DNA of 64,000 nucleotides from contig NC_043000.1 in NCBI RefSeq assembly GCF_006345805.1, forward strand, positions 102,114,001 through 102,178,000, written 5' to 3'. Below, in pieces: positions 52,566-64,000 of the stretch. The notes beneath the pieces are model-generated. The model had not been told where the DNA came from, made no database searches, and worked only from the letters and a program-made list of their open reading frames with translations. Position 1 is the first letter of the stretch. The number at the start of each line of letters is the position of its first letter. This DNA is from Octopus sinensis. Taxonomy: Eukaryota. Both the position numbers and the translations under genes were made by a program.

Positions 52566-52640
<75 letters not shown>
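51940..52640. repeat. ~700-bp degenerate (TA)n/(TATACA)n microsatellite
   Basis: Seen directly. Confidence 0.95.
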
Positions 52641-52642
<2 letters not shown>

Positions 52643-53371
52643 ATATAGTAATAGTAACAATAAACCGTATATAAACATATACGTATGTATTAGCTGTACC
52701 CGCTGAAATGTAATCGTATTTTGAAAGGTGTCGGATTTTTGGAAAGAATATTTATATAGAGAGCCATGAAATATGTGAATTGTTTGGTTTTAAATTGTAT
52801 TTGTTCTTAAATATTTTATACCACACAGGTAATACTGAAGATGCAGTCATAGGAGAGAACATATTTGAAAATTATATTTTTTATTGTACACTTTTCATCA
52901 CTTATATCTTGAGAGCTGTTATTTATTAGTTTTATCTTTATGCAAGAAGTGAAGACGCTCTAGAAAGAGCTGTAATTGTTCATTTTAAAATACTGGTTTA
53001 CTCCTCTTCGTGTTTCCATTGTGAATACATTACTGAAGTGACTAAAAATGTGTTGAAAAAATGATATATATAGCAGACGCTTTGAATAATTCTAACCATG
53101 GAACAAACACGAAAACATTATCTATTCATGACATTATTTTTACCACAGTACAAATATATTGGTGGCATCGATGTATTTCTAGAGTGGGCGATGGGGATCG
53201 CTGTTTTTTGTGGCTTATCAACATCACATACCCGAACTGAAGTCCCTGACTTCCGTGTGTTTTAACACCCAGCACTTTGAGAGAGTAATCTCCACCACAC
53301 TGAATCGCAGCCTACTGGCAAATACACATTGGCTACAGGTGAAGTATGTGCGGTCGATAATGTTTAAATAT

Positions 53372-53594
53372 ACGTTCTTCTTTTCTTGTTTCAGTCACTG
53401 TGGTCATGCTGGAGCACCACCTCAAATTTTTTTAGTAGAAGGAATCGATCCCGGTACTTACTTTTTAAGCCTGGTACTTATTCTATCAGTCACTTTTGTC
53501 AAACCGCTAAGTTACGGGGACGTAAACATACCAAGACCCGTTGTCAAGTGGTGATGAGAGAAACAAACACAGACAAAAAGACACATATAGATAT

Positions 53595-53638
<44 letters not shown>

Positions 53639-53812
53639 TATATATATATACGACAGGCTCCTTTCTGTTTCTCTCTGCCAAATCCACTCACAGGGCTTTG
53701 GTCGACTTGAGGGGCTGTAGTAGAAGACACTTGCCCAAGGTACCGCACAGTGGGACTGAACCCGAAACTATGTGGTTGGGAAACAAGTTTCTTACCACAA
53801 AGCCACGCCTAT
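53372..53812 (-). mobile_element. Full-length SINE with expanded internal TA run
   Basis: Minus-strand head GGCGTGGCTTTGTGGTAAGAAACTTGTTTCCCAACCACATAGTTTCGGGTTCAGTCCC and tail GGTGGTGCTCCAGCATGACCACAGTGACTGAAACAAG. Confidence 0.85.
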
Positions 53813-54279
53813 GTCTATATACATATATATTTTTTTGTCCCAGAGTTAAGCATTACAGACTTGTACTGGCAGAGCAATATCAAAGATACATGTGAGCTAC
53901 CACAGTTTCCACCTCTCAAATTTCATTCTGAATAGATAACTCAACTCAAAGCTAGAGTAGAAGAAAACTGGCCAAAGGTGCCACACAGTAAGGTAGAACC
54001 TATAAACACGAGCGCATGATGTGAACTTCTGAACATAAGTGCCATGGCCGTGCCAATTTCTGTGACAATTGATTTGCGTGTTATATGTCGGTTAACTACA
54101 GTTACCATCTCTTCAGCCAAATACCTTACTTCATTACATAAGGACTGAACAACAATTAAATTTCAAAATGTACATAAAAGCTTCTTTAAAAGACAAACTT
54201 TAGACCAGTCATGTGGTATTAAGTTAACCTAACAATTGTTTTCATCATCATCATCATTTTCTTCTTCTTCTTCTTCTTC

Positions 54280-54336
<57 letters not shown>

Positions 54337-54374
54337 TATTATTGTTATAGCTGTTGGCTATAGTTCGGATCTAT

Positions 54375-54668
54375 TTTTCTCGAGAATTCTGTTTTTGAAT
54401 CATTTTAGAATCAATTTTTTTTCTAATTAATTTTCGTTAATTTTTGTTTTATTTTCAGACCATTAAAATGGAATGTCAAGTTAAGAAAAACGAGCATTTT
54501 CGACACCTCCTTCTTTTTGCTTTTAATCAAGTTTGTGCTGTCTATGGAGATGGTGCCATAGCTGCAAGAACCGCTCGTGATTGGTAAGCCAATTTCAAAA
54601 ATGGAAATTTTGACTTCAAAGACACGCCTCTTTCTGGCCATCCGGTTGAGTTCGATGAAGAGCGGTTA
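54375..54668 (+). pseudogene. 5' fragment of the same mariner family as 46924-48168
   Basis: MECQVKKNEHFRHLLLFAFNQ...DFKDTPLSGHPVEFDEER, then broken by LINE-like sequence. Confidence 0.85.
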
Positions 54669-55109
54669 CTTGAGCTCGTAAGTTGGAAATTTTGTTGTCT
54701 GCTTTTGAAGGTTTGGGAATTTTTGCTTCTAATGCTGATGTTGTTTAACCCTTCTTGTTGACTAGAAGGGGTTCCTTGTTGAAGGTCCGCCGTTTTAGGA
54801 GCAATTTTGAAAATGTTGGTCCTTAACTTTTTTATTTTTGTTTTTCGTCTAACGAAAAACAAGATGGCTTCGTTTGTCGAGGGGATTGGCAGTGGCTGTT
54901 ATGACGGCCTCGAGGATTCCCCACTCTGAACAGCACAAACAACGACACCAGTACCAACACCACTAACAGCAGCAGCACCATCATTAACATAGAAAAGGAA
55001 AATAATAGAAAAAACACCGCCATGAACACCAACAAGAACAACGAATAAAATGCAAGTACAAACGCGAAAGACAAATCCAACACACACGGTTTCGATTCCG
55101 CAGTTGGGT

Positions 55110-57400
55110 CATGGTATTAACTGTCAGTTTTACCACGTTTGAACGAAGCTTTTGCACACTTGCCAAGGCCAAATTCCATATCGATGTCATCACTGAATTT
55201 TTTCACAGTTACTAGTAGCCTTTTCAGATCCTTGTAATCTTTTGCATATAATTTCAGATCATCCCCGTAGAACAAGTGTGAGATGATCTTGTCAAACATT
55301 TTGTAACAGTAATTTGTTTTATTCAGCTCGTAGGACAGTGAGACAGAAGGGGAGAGAGAAGAGTGAATCGCCTTGGAATATTCCACGATCTATTTTGATG
55401 CTCTCTGACACATACGAGCGTTTTTCGTGGCTGAGAAATAATTTTGTGTTCCACAGTTCATACTACACATTAAATTCCTTTTAAGAAAGGAGCGATCCTA
55501 TATATATTTAGTGCCTTTAAGATCCAGCTATATGGGACACTGTGAAATGTCTCACGATAGTCAATCCATTACATACTAAGATTTCGATTTTTGGACGAAT
55601 AATTTTCGAGTATCAGATAATTTATTAATAGCTGATCTTTGCAACTCTTTGTAGAAGTTCCTTTCGCAACCTTTTTGTTGAAAGTGAAGTACGTTGTTTT
55701 CATCGAGAAATTGATAGGTCCTTTCAGTGAAGAGGGGTGTAAGTATTTTGTATATGATTGTCAAATAAGTGCTCGGCCTGTAGAATTTGGGGTTTTGTGT
55801 CACTTGTTTTAAGGAGTAGATATTTTATCCCTATTGTTAGTCAGATTGGATTCTTTTTGGAGTTTTGATGATGTTAGAGAAATATTCCATTAACTGGCGG
55901 TGCGATGATGAAGCCAGAAGTTTGGGATTTTATCATGTTAGGAGACTTCACTTATGAGCTTTAGATAGAAATTGTGTTAATTATAATATCGTTCCATCCC
56001 TCTTCTTCAATCTTGGCCATTCTCTCTTCTTCTCTCCCTACCCATTCAGCTTCCTTGTTCCCTTTCTATCGCTCCATACTTTTCCAAAATGTCACTACTT
56101 CTTTCATATTAGGCGGGTCTTTTACTTCGATTGACTATATCCCTAACTATCTATAGAATTTCTTAAATCAGTTTTAAATATCTCATTATGTCTGTAAAAT
56201 TTGTTTCTCTCTTCATACCTGCGTAAGCGCTGGGTCTTAGCCTGCATTTTTTGCAAAACCATCTCTTTTTGCTCTCAGTCCTTCATTCACGTTTATTAGA
56301 TTGTATTTTCGCTTTATTTTTCTAGTCATTCTCGTATTTACATTATTTCTTTTGGAGAGTTCGTTTAAGATCGATAATTCCCGTCGGAAGCTCTGGATTT
56401 CCTTATTTATACGCTCTTTCCACCTTGGATAATAGTGTGCTCTTTGTGAGCCTTCTTTTTTTGTATGGCAGAAATAGATGTTGAGTATATAAGGTGGTTT
56501 AATGAAAGTAAATCTGTTTCAGTTTCAAGGAGAAACTGCTTCGGGACATAGTCATATACTTTGATCGTACAGTGATTTGATTTGGTATTGTTTTAGTCTT
56601 GATGTTCCACATTTTGCTGATTTCTATTTCAAGATCTGTATATTTGCTCTGTTTTTTGTAGGTTTTGACAGATACGTTTATATCGATTGGGACAGTCAAA
56701 TCAATGAGGAAGCATGATTTTTGTCTGAAGTCTTTCAATATAATGTCTAGATTATTCGCATTTATCTTTCTGTCAGTTTGAATGGTGAAGTTCCAGAGGA
56801 GTAAGATGCGATCAATTTCAAGCACTGGAGGTGGTTTGTGTTCCCACCAGTTTTTATCATGGGGCAGGTCAAGGTTTTTGCAAATTACCCAGTGAATATA
56901 TTGTGTTGCTTTATCATGCCTGTTGAGATACCCTATAGGCGCAAGAAGACTGCACATGGAGACAACATGATCAATGGATTCATTATTTTTTGACATACAC
57001 GACATGTTGGGTTGCTACTGTTCTTTAATATGTTGGCCTGGTAGTTTCCTGTAGGTAGGCATTGATCTTGTTTCTGATTTTAAGCCAGAAGACACTAAGA
57101 TGGGTAAGGGCTTTGTCAACATCAGCATTATTAGCTCTCTTTGGGTATTTGCCATTGAGAGGTTTTTCCTACCATTTATCAGTAAGAATATCTAAGGTAG
57201 TAGTTTTAGTACGGGTTTTCATACGCTTAGCTTTTTCTGTACTTGTATCTAGTACGTATAATTCTGGAATTTGCTGTATTTGGAGTTCACTTAGATATTC
57301 CTTTGTCTGTTTTGTTACTGAGTATGAGTCTTTCTTGTTTTCATGCTTTGAGACACTGTTTTAACATTCAGTCGTCAGAGTTTTTCAGGTAGGTGTCTAG
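55110..57400 (-). pseudogene. Rearranged Dong/R4-type LINE remnants
   Basis: 57400-56580 carries TCRVCQKNNESIDHVVS, RHDK, LWNFTIQTDR and FLIDLTVP (zinc knuckle and RLE). 56580-55110 carries WKERINKEI, YRP.TYLTIIYKILT and SHLFYGDDLKLY (RT). Confidence 0.88.
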
Positions 57401-57437
57401 GCCAATTGTGTCCAATTATTATTATTATCAATATTAC

Positions 57438-57495
<58 letters not shown>

Positions 57496-58499
57496 TTCAT
57501 AATACGAAAATGCACCAGACTATCAGAAGACCTCCCAGGTTTGAACCTCACTAAAAATATATATAGAAAATACTCGATATTAATTGGAAGAAAGAAAAGA
57601 GGGGAACAATGTTGCTATTTTGTCCGATCAGTTCCAATGTGAAGGATATAGTTTGAGGAAATAATTAAGAAAACAGCATACAAAAAAAAACGGATTCTAA
57701 AACATTTTGATGGGGAGGAATAAGGTCTCAAATCTGTCTGCGGCAAGCGCTGAAATCGCTGGAAATAATCATTCATAATCACCAGACAATGAAATCATCA
57801 AATTTACAGCAACAACAACAGTAACAACAATATCAACAGCCGACAGCGACAACGATGACAAAAACAAAAACAAAAATAATAATAATAATAATAATAAAGT
57901 TCGCCTGCGTCTTTAGAAAAAAATCAAGAAAGAAAATAATTGATGGAGTACTGTGGAAAGAAGGAAATAATAGAAGCCAGAAAAGAAGCTAGCAAGGAAG
58001 GAAGAATGGATAGTGAGAGGTGGGGAAGAGGGTAAAGAAACAGCGAGAAATAAAAGAAAGGAAGGTAGAGAAATGAAAAAGAAAAACGGAAAAGAAATAA
58101 AAAGCGTAAATACACAAAAGACAGGAAGAATAAAAATGGAGAAACAAAAACAAAGATAAATAAATAAAAAAAATACAAAATTATATATAACTTAGTATTG
58201 ATAAAATCCGAGTTACGTTAATAGCAACCTAAAATAAAATAGACAAGTAAAAAAAGAGAAATAATAAATAAATAAATAAATGAAAAATAAATGGATGAAT
58301 TATTGATCCAATCATTTCATAATAGACACAGTTTGATGCAAACACGGTGCTAACTAACCCTTCTCTTAGATAAATAATACAAAGACATAATAAAATATCC
58401 ATCTCTCTAAAAGCGCTCTTTCTCTTCTTCGTCTTCTTCATCTCTATCGTAGTGACAATATTTTTCGTCTTCGTCAAAGTCATCAACAGTAACAGTAGT

Positions 58500-59165
58500 A
58501 ACATCATCACCATCACCACTCTAACACTAACACTAGCACTAACACTAACACCACAGCTGCCATCATCAAAATCATTATGATTGCCGTCCTCCTCCTCCCC
58601 CTCATCATCATCATCATCACCGCCACGATCATCATAATCATCATTATCATCATCGTTATCATCGTCATAATCGTAATCACCATCATCATACTTGTAATCA
58701 TCATCATCGTCATCATCATCATCGTCATCATCATCATCGTCATCATCATCATCGTCATCATCATCATCATCATAAATGTAATACTACTACTACTACTAAT
58801 ACTACTACTAATACTACTACTACTACTACTAATAATAATAATAATAATAATAATGACTACCACTACTATAATTATATTTTCTCTGCTTTTCTTTTGTCTT
58901 GTCTTCATCTCTTTTGTTACAGCTTCGTCGTCGTCATTTTTTACATCTTTTCTTCATCTTCTTCTTCTTCTCCCTTTTTCTTCTTTTTTCTTCTTTTTCT
59001 TTGTTATTTTTCTTTCTTCTTGTTGTTGTTGTTCTTCTTCTTCTCCTTCTCCTTCTCCTTCCCCTTCTCCTTCTTCTTCTTCCTTTTCTTCTTCTTCTTC
59101 TTCTTCTCCTTCTTCCTTTTCTTCTTCTTCTTCTTCTTCTTCTTCTTCTCTTCTTCTTCTTCTTC
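58500..59165. repeat. Compound triplet repeat field (CAT)n/(TAC)n/(TAA)n/(TTC)n
   Basis: Seen directly. Explains the poly-I/L/S/M ORFs. Confidence 0.95.
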
Positions 59166-59628
59166 TCCATTTTACACTTTCTGTGTTACTAGAGCTGTTC
59201 GGCAGGTTTTTCTTTGATGTCTATAAAATTGATTGGTTTGCTTTTAAAGATGGCAATACAAAATGGCGAATGATAAATCGACCGAGTCCTGTAGACAAAT
59301 AAAATCCATACACTTACAACAGCATACGTACATACACTCATATACTCACTCACTCTCACAAACGTAAACACTAGCACAATATGTTCTGCTAAAATCGTAT
59401 CTTTCAGCTCAGAAACGTTTTTCTTTCAGTTGTACATGTCTGTTTTACTTATAAATGGTCTTACTTTCACGTAGACTTTTTTCTCTGACTTCCTCTACGT
59501 TATTTACACTCTCACTCTTCCTCCCCTTCTTACTATCCAAAACATAGTTTCCAATCTCATTATTATTCTTTCTATCGATCAGTAAGTCTTTACTTCATTC
59601 ACACTTTTAAACTCCTTTCTCCTTCTCT

Positions 59629-59664
<36 letters not shown>

Positions 59665-60091
59665 GCATATGGATATAAAGACATACATTGTTTCTCTTAC
59701 CTATATTTCTCCGCAGTGGCGTAGAGTATTTCTTGTATATAAATAGGTACAATTTTACTTCTTTTAATAATTGCTGTTTAACTCCATCTCTCTTTTTCAC
59801 TTTTCCTCTTCTTTCTTCACCTCCTTTCTTCCTCTCCTTCTTTTACCCCACCCCTCTGGCTTAATATATATATGGTGCACAAACAGTCAAATTTGAGTAC
59901 ACAGCTTTGTATAACAGATACAGCTGTAAGTTGATGAAGTTAATTGCATAATTCCTGTTCCCTTGTCCTTCTATTAATTTCATATAACGATATTAAACTC
60001 AGTACTCGCCTAACGTTTTATTCTAAAGCATGTACATATTGAGTCAGGTTTTTATCATCGCTATTCATAAGTGAAATTATATATATGTATA

Positions 60092-60890
60092 TACGAGGTA
60101 GTACCAAAAACTAGTTCTGTAGCGCGCCAATAGATGGCAGCACATAGTTACATGCGCGGTGAGAGGCAGTGTGCCGAGTGACGTCACTGTGTTTACTTCG
60201 CAAGTTGTGAAATTTGTGTTCTTGTGATCATGTGTATGTTGTAGTCTGCGGTTTCGCTATGGACAGGAACAAAGAACCAACGTGAAATTTAGCGTTAAAC
60301 CTGGAAAGTCTGCTACAGAGAGATTGAGCTTGCTTCAGCAAACTTATAACAATGAGAGAATGGGTCATACACAATGTTTCAAGTGGCACAGGCACTTCAA
60401 AAGCGGAAGAACGTCCCTGAAAGACGATGAGCGATCCGGATGACCTTCTACGAATGTCACCTCCGAAATGTGATATTGTGCATCGATAATTCGTATCTCA
60501 GGGCCAGACCGACAATCTAGAGTTTTCAAGCGTCTGAGGGAGGACATTCGGGGAAAGAGACCGGATGTGTGGAGTGCGAAGAACTGGATTCTTCGCCAAG
60601 CTCTCCTCACTCATGAGTTTCTCTCCAAAAACATGTAATTGCTTCCGTAGATAAACTATTCGTCATATTTAGCACCTGTGGACTTCCATCTCTTCCTCAA
60701 GATGAAAATGCAGCTCAAATGCACCGTTGTCGAGATCCAGGGGGAATCACTGAAGAATCTCGACTCGCTTACGGAAAACGACTTCCAGGGTGGATTCCAA
60801 AAGTAGCAAGAAGGGTGGGACAGGTGTATTGCTAAGCAAGATGAGTATTTCGAAGAAGATTATGTTAAAACTTAGGTAAATAAGTTATTA
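60092..60890 (+). pseudogene. Internally deleted mariner element (second family)
   Basis: Left end TACGAGGTAGTACC. Peptides NVKFSVKPGKSATERLSLLQQTY, FKWHRHFKSGRTSLKDDERSG, LAPVDFHLFLKMK. Right TIR not seen. Confidence 0.8.
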
Positions 60891-60954
60891 TATACATATA
60901 TTTTCATCTCTAAAGGAGATTTTCTAAGTAGCTAATTTGCTTATATATATATAT

Positions 60955-61041
<87 letters not shown>

Positions 61042-61053
61042 TATATATATATA

Positions 61054-61099
<46 letters not shown>

Positions 61100-61209
61100 T
61101 ATATATATATATATATATACCTATATATATATATATCTGATTTAATTTATGAATGCATCAATAAAATGCTACAGAAACAGGTGTTGAAAGTTTTGATCAC
61201 CACGATATG

Positions 61210-61264
<55 letters not shown>

Positions 61265-61526
61265 GAGAGAGAGAGAGAGAGGGAGAGAGAGAGATAAATA
61301 GATAGAGAGAGAGAGAGAGAGAGAGATGAAGCGAGGGATGGAGAGAGAGAAGAAGGGAAAGAGAGAGAAGTAATGCTTATTGCCACTCAAATTTGGCTGT
61401 TCCGTAGGAACCGACGTTACTGCTACTTTTAACCCCCCGGAGGACGCCTCCTCCAGCTGGTTTTCCGATACAATCTGCACCCGATATTTATTGCAAGCAT
61501 CGAAGTAAACCCCTACCCTCTTCAAA

Positions 61527-61597
61527 CCACGACACCACCAGACCGTAAGGTTTCGACATCTTTGTGGTCATCCTCGTTGGTGGATACTTGTCCGCGA
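61527..61597 (-). ncRNA. Hammerhead-like motif with extended stem I (family E), core positions 3-4 altered
   Basis: Minus strand CGC G GACA AGTAT CCACCA ACGAGGA T GAC-CACAAAGAT-GTC GAAACC-TTAC-GGT C TGGTGG TGTC GTG. Confidence 0.55.
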
Positions 61598-62073
61598 GAA
61601 ATAGCTGTAGTTCACTTGAATTATTTATATTGCGAGCTGAGGTGAACTGCTGCTATCTTTAACATAAGTTCTCATACACACTCCTCACACATGCAAGCAT
61701 ACATATGTATATCTATGTCACAATAAACCTACCAGTTTATCTTCATGTGTCAGCCTCTCTTATGTTGGAAACAGGAGCACATCTTTCCTGCATATACTCC
61801 TCTTACATACACTGCTTTGGGTCTATAATCTTCTCATTCATCCTTTTCCCTTCTACTCTATTTTTCTCTCTCTGGAATACACACACACACACACGTGCAC
61901 ATACATTTCATTTCTCTCTGTCTCTTTTTCACATATCCATCATTGTTTTAACATTATTCCTTCTCTCACAAAAATACACGCCATATAAAGAAACACGAGT
62001 TTTCTCCACTTGCCTTTTCATTTTTCATATATTTACCCAATTCTATTTCTCTGTCTCTCATATCATACATGCA

Positions 62074-62126
<53 letters not shown>

Positions 62127-62656
62127 ATATATCCTCAGGATATTAACACGCAGACGCACGCATACACACACGCGCGCACTAGTCCTCCTCTGTCCAGCTC
62201 AAACTCACGTATCGACTCTCAATTATACATATACCACCACATATTCTCTCTTTCCCTTTCATCTTTGTGCCTTTGTTGCATAACTGAACTTTCATATGCC
62301 CCACACATGCATACATATATAGACATATTCCTATACCTTTGACCACTTCATCAAAAATAATACAAAGACAGACATTAAGCGTGGAGGTTTAAATATAATG
62401 AAATGATAAAAAACTATTTTTAAACAGGTATACACATATACACTGAAAAAGAAGGGACATATGCATAGCATACAAACGTTGAAAAAGAGTAGCGGGGAGG
62501 AGTATGAGAGAGATGTAACTCTCCTGATACAGGACAGCCTCTAGGGATAATACGAAAAGCTTTCTCAACTATAAAGATCTGCAAATTGAAATCACAATAA
62601 CATGGAAGCTTAGTACTAAGGCCGCTGAAATAAAGTTATAATGAAAAGAAACCATA

Positions 62657-62721
<65 letters not shown>

Positions 62722-63039
62722 TAATAAAATACGATAGACGATAATTGATAATAATGCAATAGCTAGAAGTATTTTCATTAGGAAAACTTTTACGTATAAA
62801 TGTTTGATTTTTATTGAAGATGGTTCCAATTTTGCAGATTATTCTTTACCATTGTGATTTTAGCAAAATTTTTGATTAGTAAAACAAGTAAAAAAGTTCT
62901 TACATTTTTCATTTCGGTATTTCTTATATGAATGTGCATTTTTACATAATTGCAGATATTCGAACACACATATACACTAGTATGGTAAATTTTAGAATTT
63001 AGAAATGATCGAAATTTATGAAAATTTACTAGCTTAAAA

Positions 63040-63790
63040 ATTTATTGAACATTTACAAAGAATTTTCTTTGAATTCATCTAAAGAAATATACTTGCAGTC
63101 GTAACTGATGGAACAAGTTTTATGATTAAATGTAACAAGAATATTAACTGCAAGCATCATTTATGCTACGAACATGGAGTTCATTTATCCGTTTGTGATG
63201 TTCTTTACAAGAAATCTATGATGAAGTAAGTTTAACTAATCACCAATGCAACCATAGCGACGAGTTGGAAGATAAATTTGTGGCTGATTCAGATGTAGAC
63301 ACTGCGTTTATGAATGCGGCTAATATCTATGTCGATCAGCAACAAATTTAATATTGTGAAATAATTCTTATTACAGAAGACCCTTCCACTGAAAAGAAGC
63401 CATGCATTGGCAATGTCATAATTGTCAGTTTATTTGGTAGATTTCCAACAAAAAATTGAATGCTTCGGAATTATGTTATAGAGGAGAATGGTCATAAATT
63501 GCACATAGTCAATTGTATTAACACATGATGGAATGATTTATTTGTAACGTTAGAACGAATCTTGTTCCTTAAAAGCTAAATTGCAAAAGTTATGATGGAT
63601 GTAAGGCAACCTATCGACTTTCCAGACATTGAATTAAATGGTATTCATGCTGCTGTGCCAGTACTGAAACCAATTAAAACTGAAGTTGAAAAACTAAAGC
63701 GGAAGGATGCAACACTGATCTCTGCAGAAGGCGTAGTTGCTTTTATTTTAGAAGAAATGAATTGACAAATAAGTCCAATGTTCCTCTTGC
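63040..63790 (+). pseudogene. Decayed hAT transposase
   Basis: AVVTDGTSFMIKC, HHLCYEHGVHLSVCDVLYKK, T*WNDLFVTLER, LKPIKTEVEKLKRKDATLISAEG. Confidence 0.8.
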
Positions 63791-64000
63791 TGGTAGAATG
63801 GATCAAGAAACGAACTGAAAAACACAGGAATAAACATCTGAGAGGATCGAAGAACGACTTAAGAAACTCTCTTTTAAATTTGGAAGAACTTTACTCCTTT
63901 CAAATTTTCCTCTATACACTTCACATCAAAATAGTGCAAAACAAAACTGTATAAAAATGTTCGTCCATCATTTTGTCAGAAGTTTCTCTTATTTCCCATT

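Noticed and set aside
61561-61600. HDV-like ribozyme on the + strand (TCA-TCCTCGT-TGG resembles P3/L3)
   Set aside because: No complementary P1 or P2 strands and no J4/2 motif were found. It is better explained as the antisense of the hammerhead-like motif.
61377-61610. Minus-strand frames with internal stops (MTTKMSKPYG...CLQ*ISGADC...; RG*PQRC... as a selenoprotein), and ACGAGGATGA as a U3 box
   Set aside because: No recognisable family or SECIS, and the other U3 boxes are absent.

Overview
AT-rich, repeat-saturated eukaryotic non-coding DNA. It is most consistent with an Octopus (cephalopod) genome; this is inferred from the recognisable tRNA-derived SINE families and the extreme (TA)n/(CA)n/(TAGA)n/(AAT)n density, and was not verified by a search. 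No host protein-coding gene can be called with confidence, and almost all ORFs in the supplied track are microsatellite translations. Real coding content is transposon-derived. It includes a young, 5'-truncated Penelope-like element (PLE) with an uninterrupted RT-C-half + GIY-YIG ORF and an inverted terminal repeat (48.2-50.6 kb), a second PLE lineage (GIY-YIG remnant, 36-37 kb), CR1-type, RTE, Tx1/L1 and Dong/R4-type LINE remnants, a Helitron Pif1-helicase fragment, mariner DD34D and rosa-like DD41D transposase remnants, a hAT transposase remnant and a hAT MITE with 8-bp TSD. A ~4.8-kb 13-bp satellite lies at 19.3-24.1 kb. The most striking layer, invisible in the ORF track, is a set of at least five distinct hammerhead-ribozyme-like motif families (9 copies). 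These include one family with an intact core and compensatory stem changes, two copies sitting on opposite strands of a ~340-bp spacerless palindrome, and an orphan motif with an extended stem I at 61.5 kb. All folds were derived by eye; none was computed.
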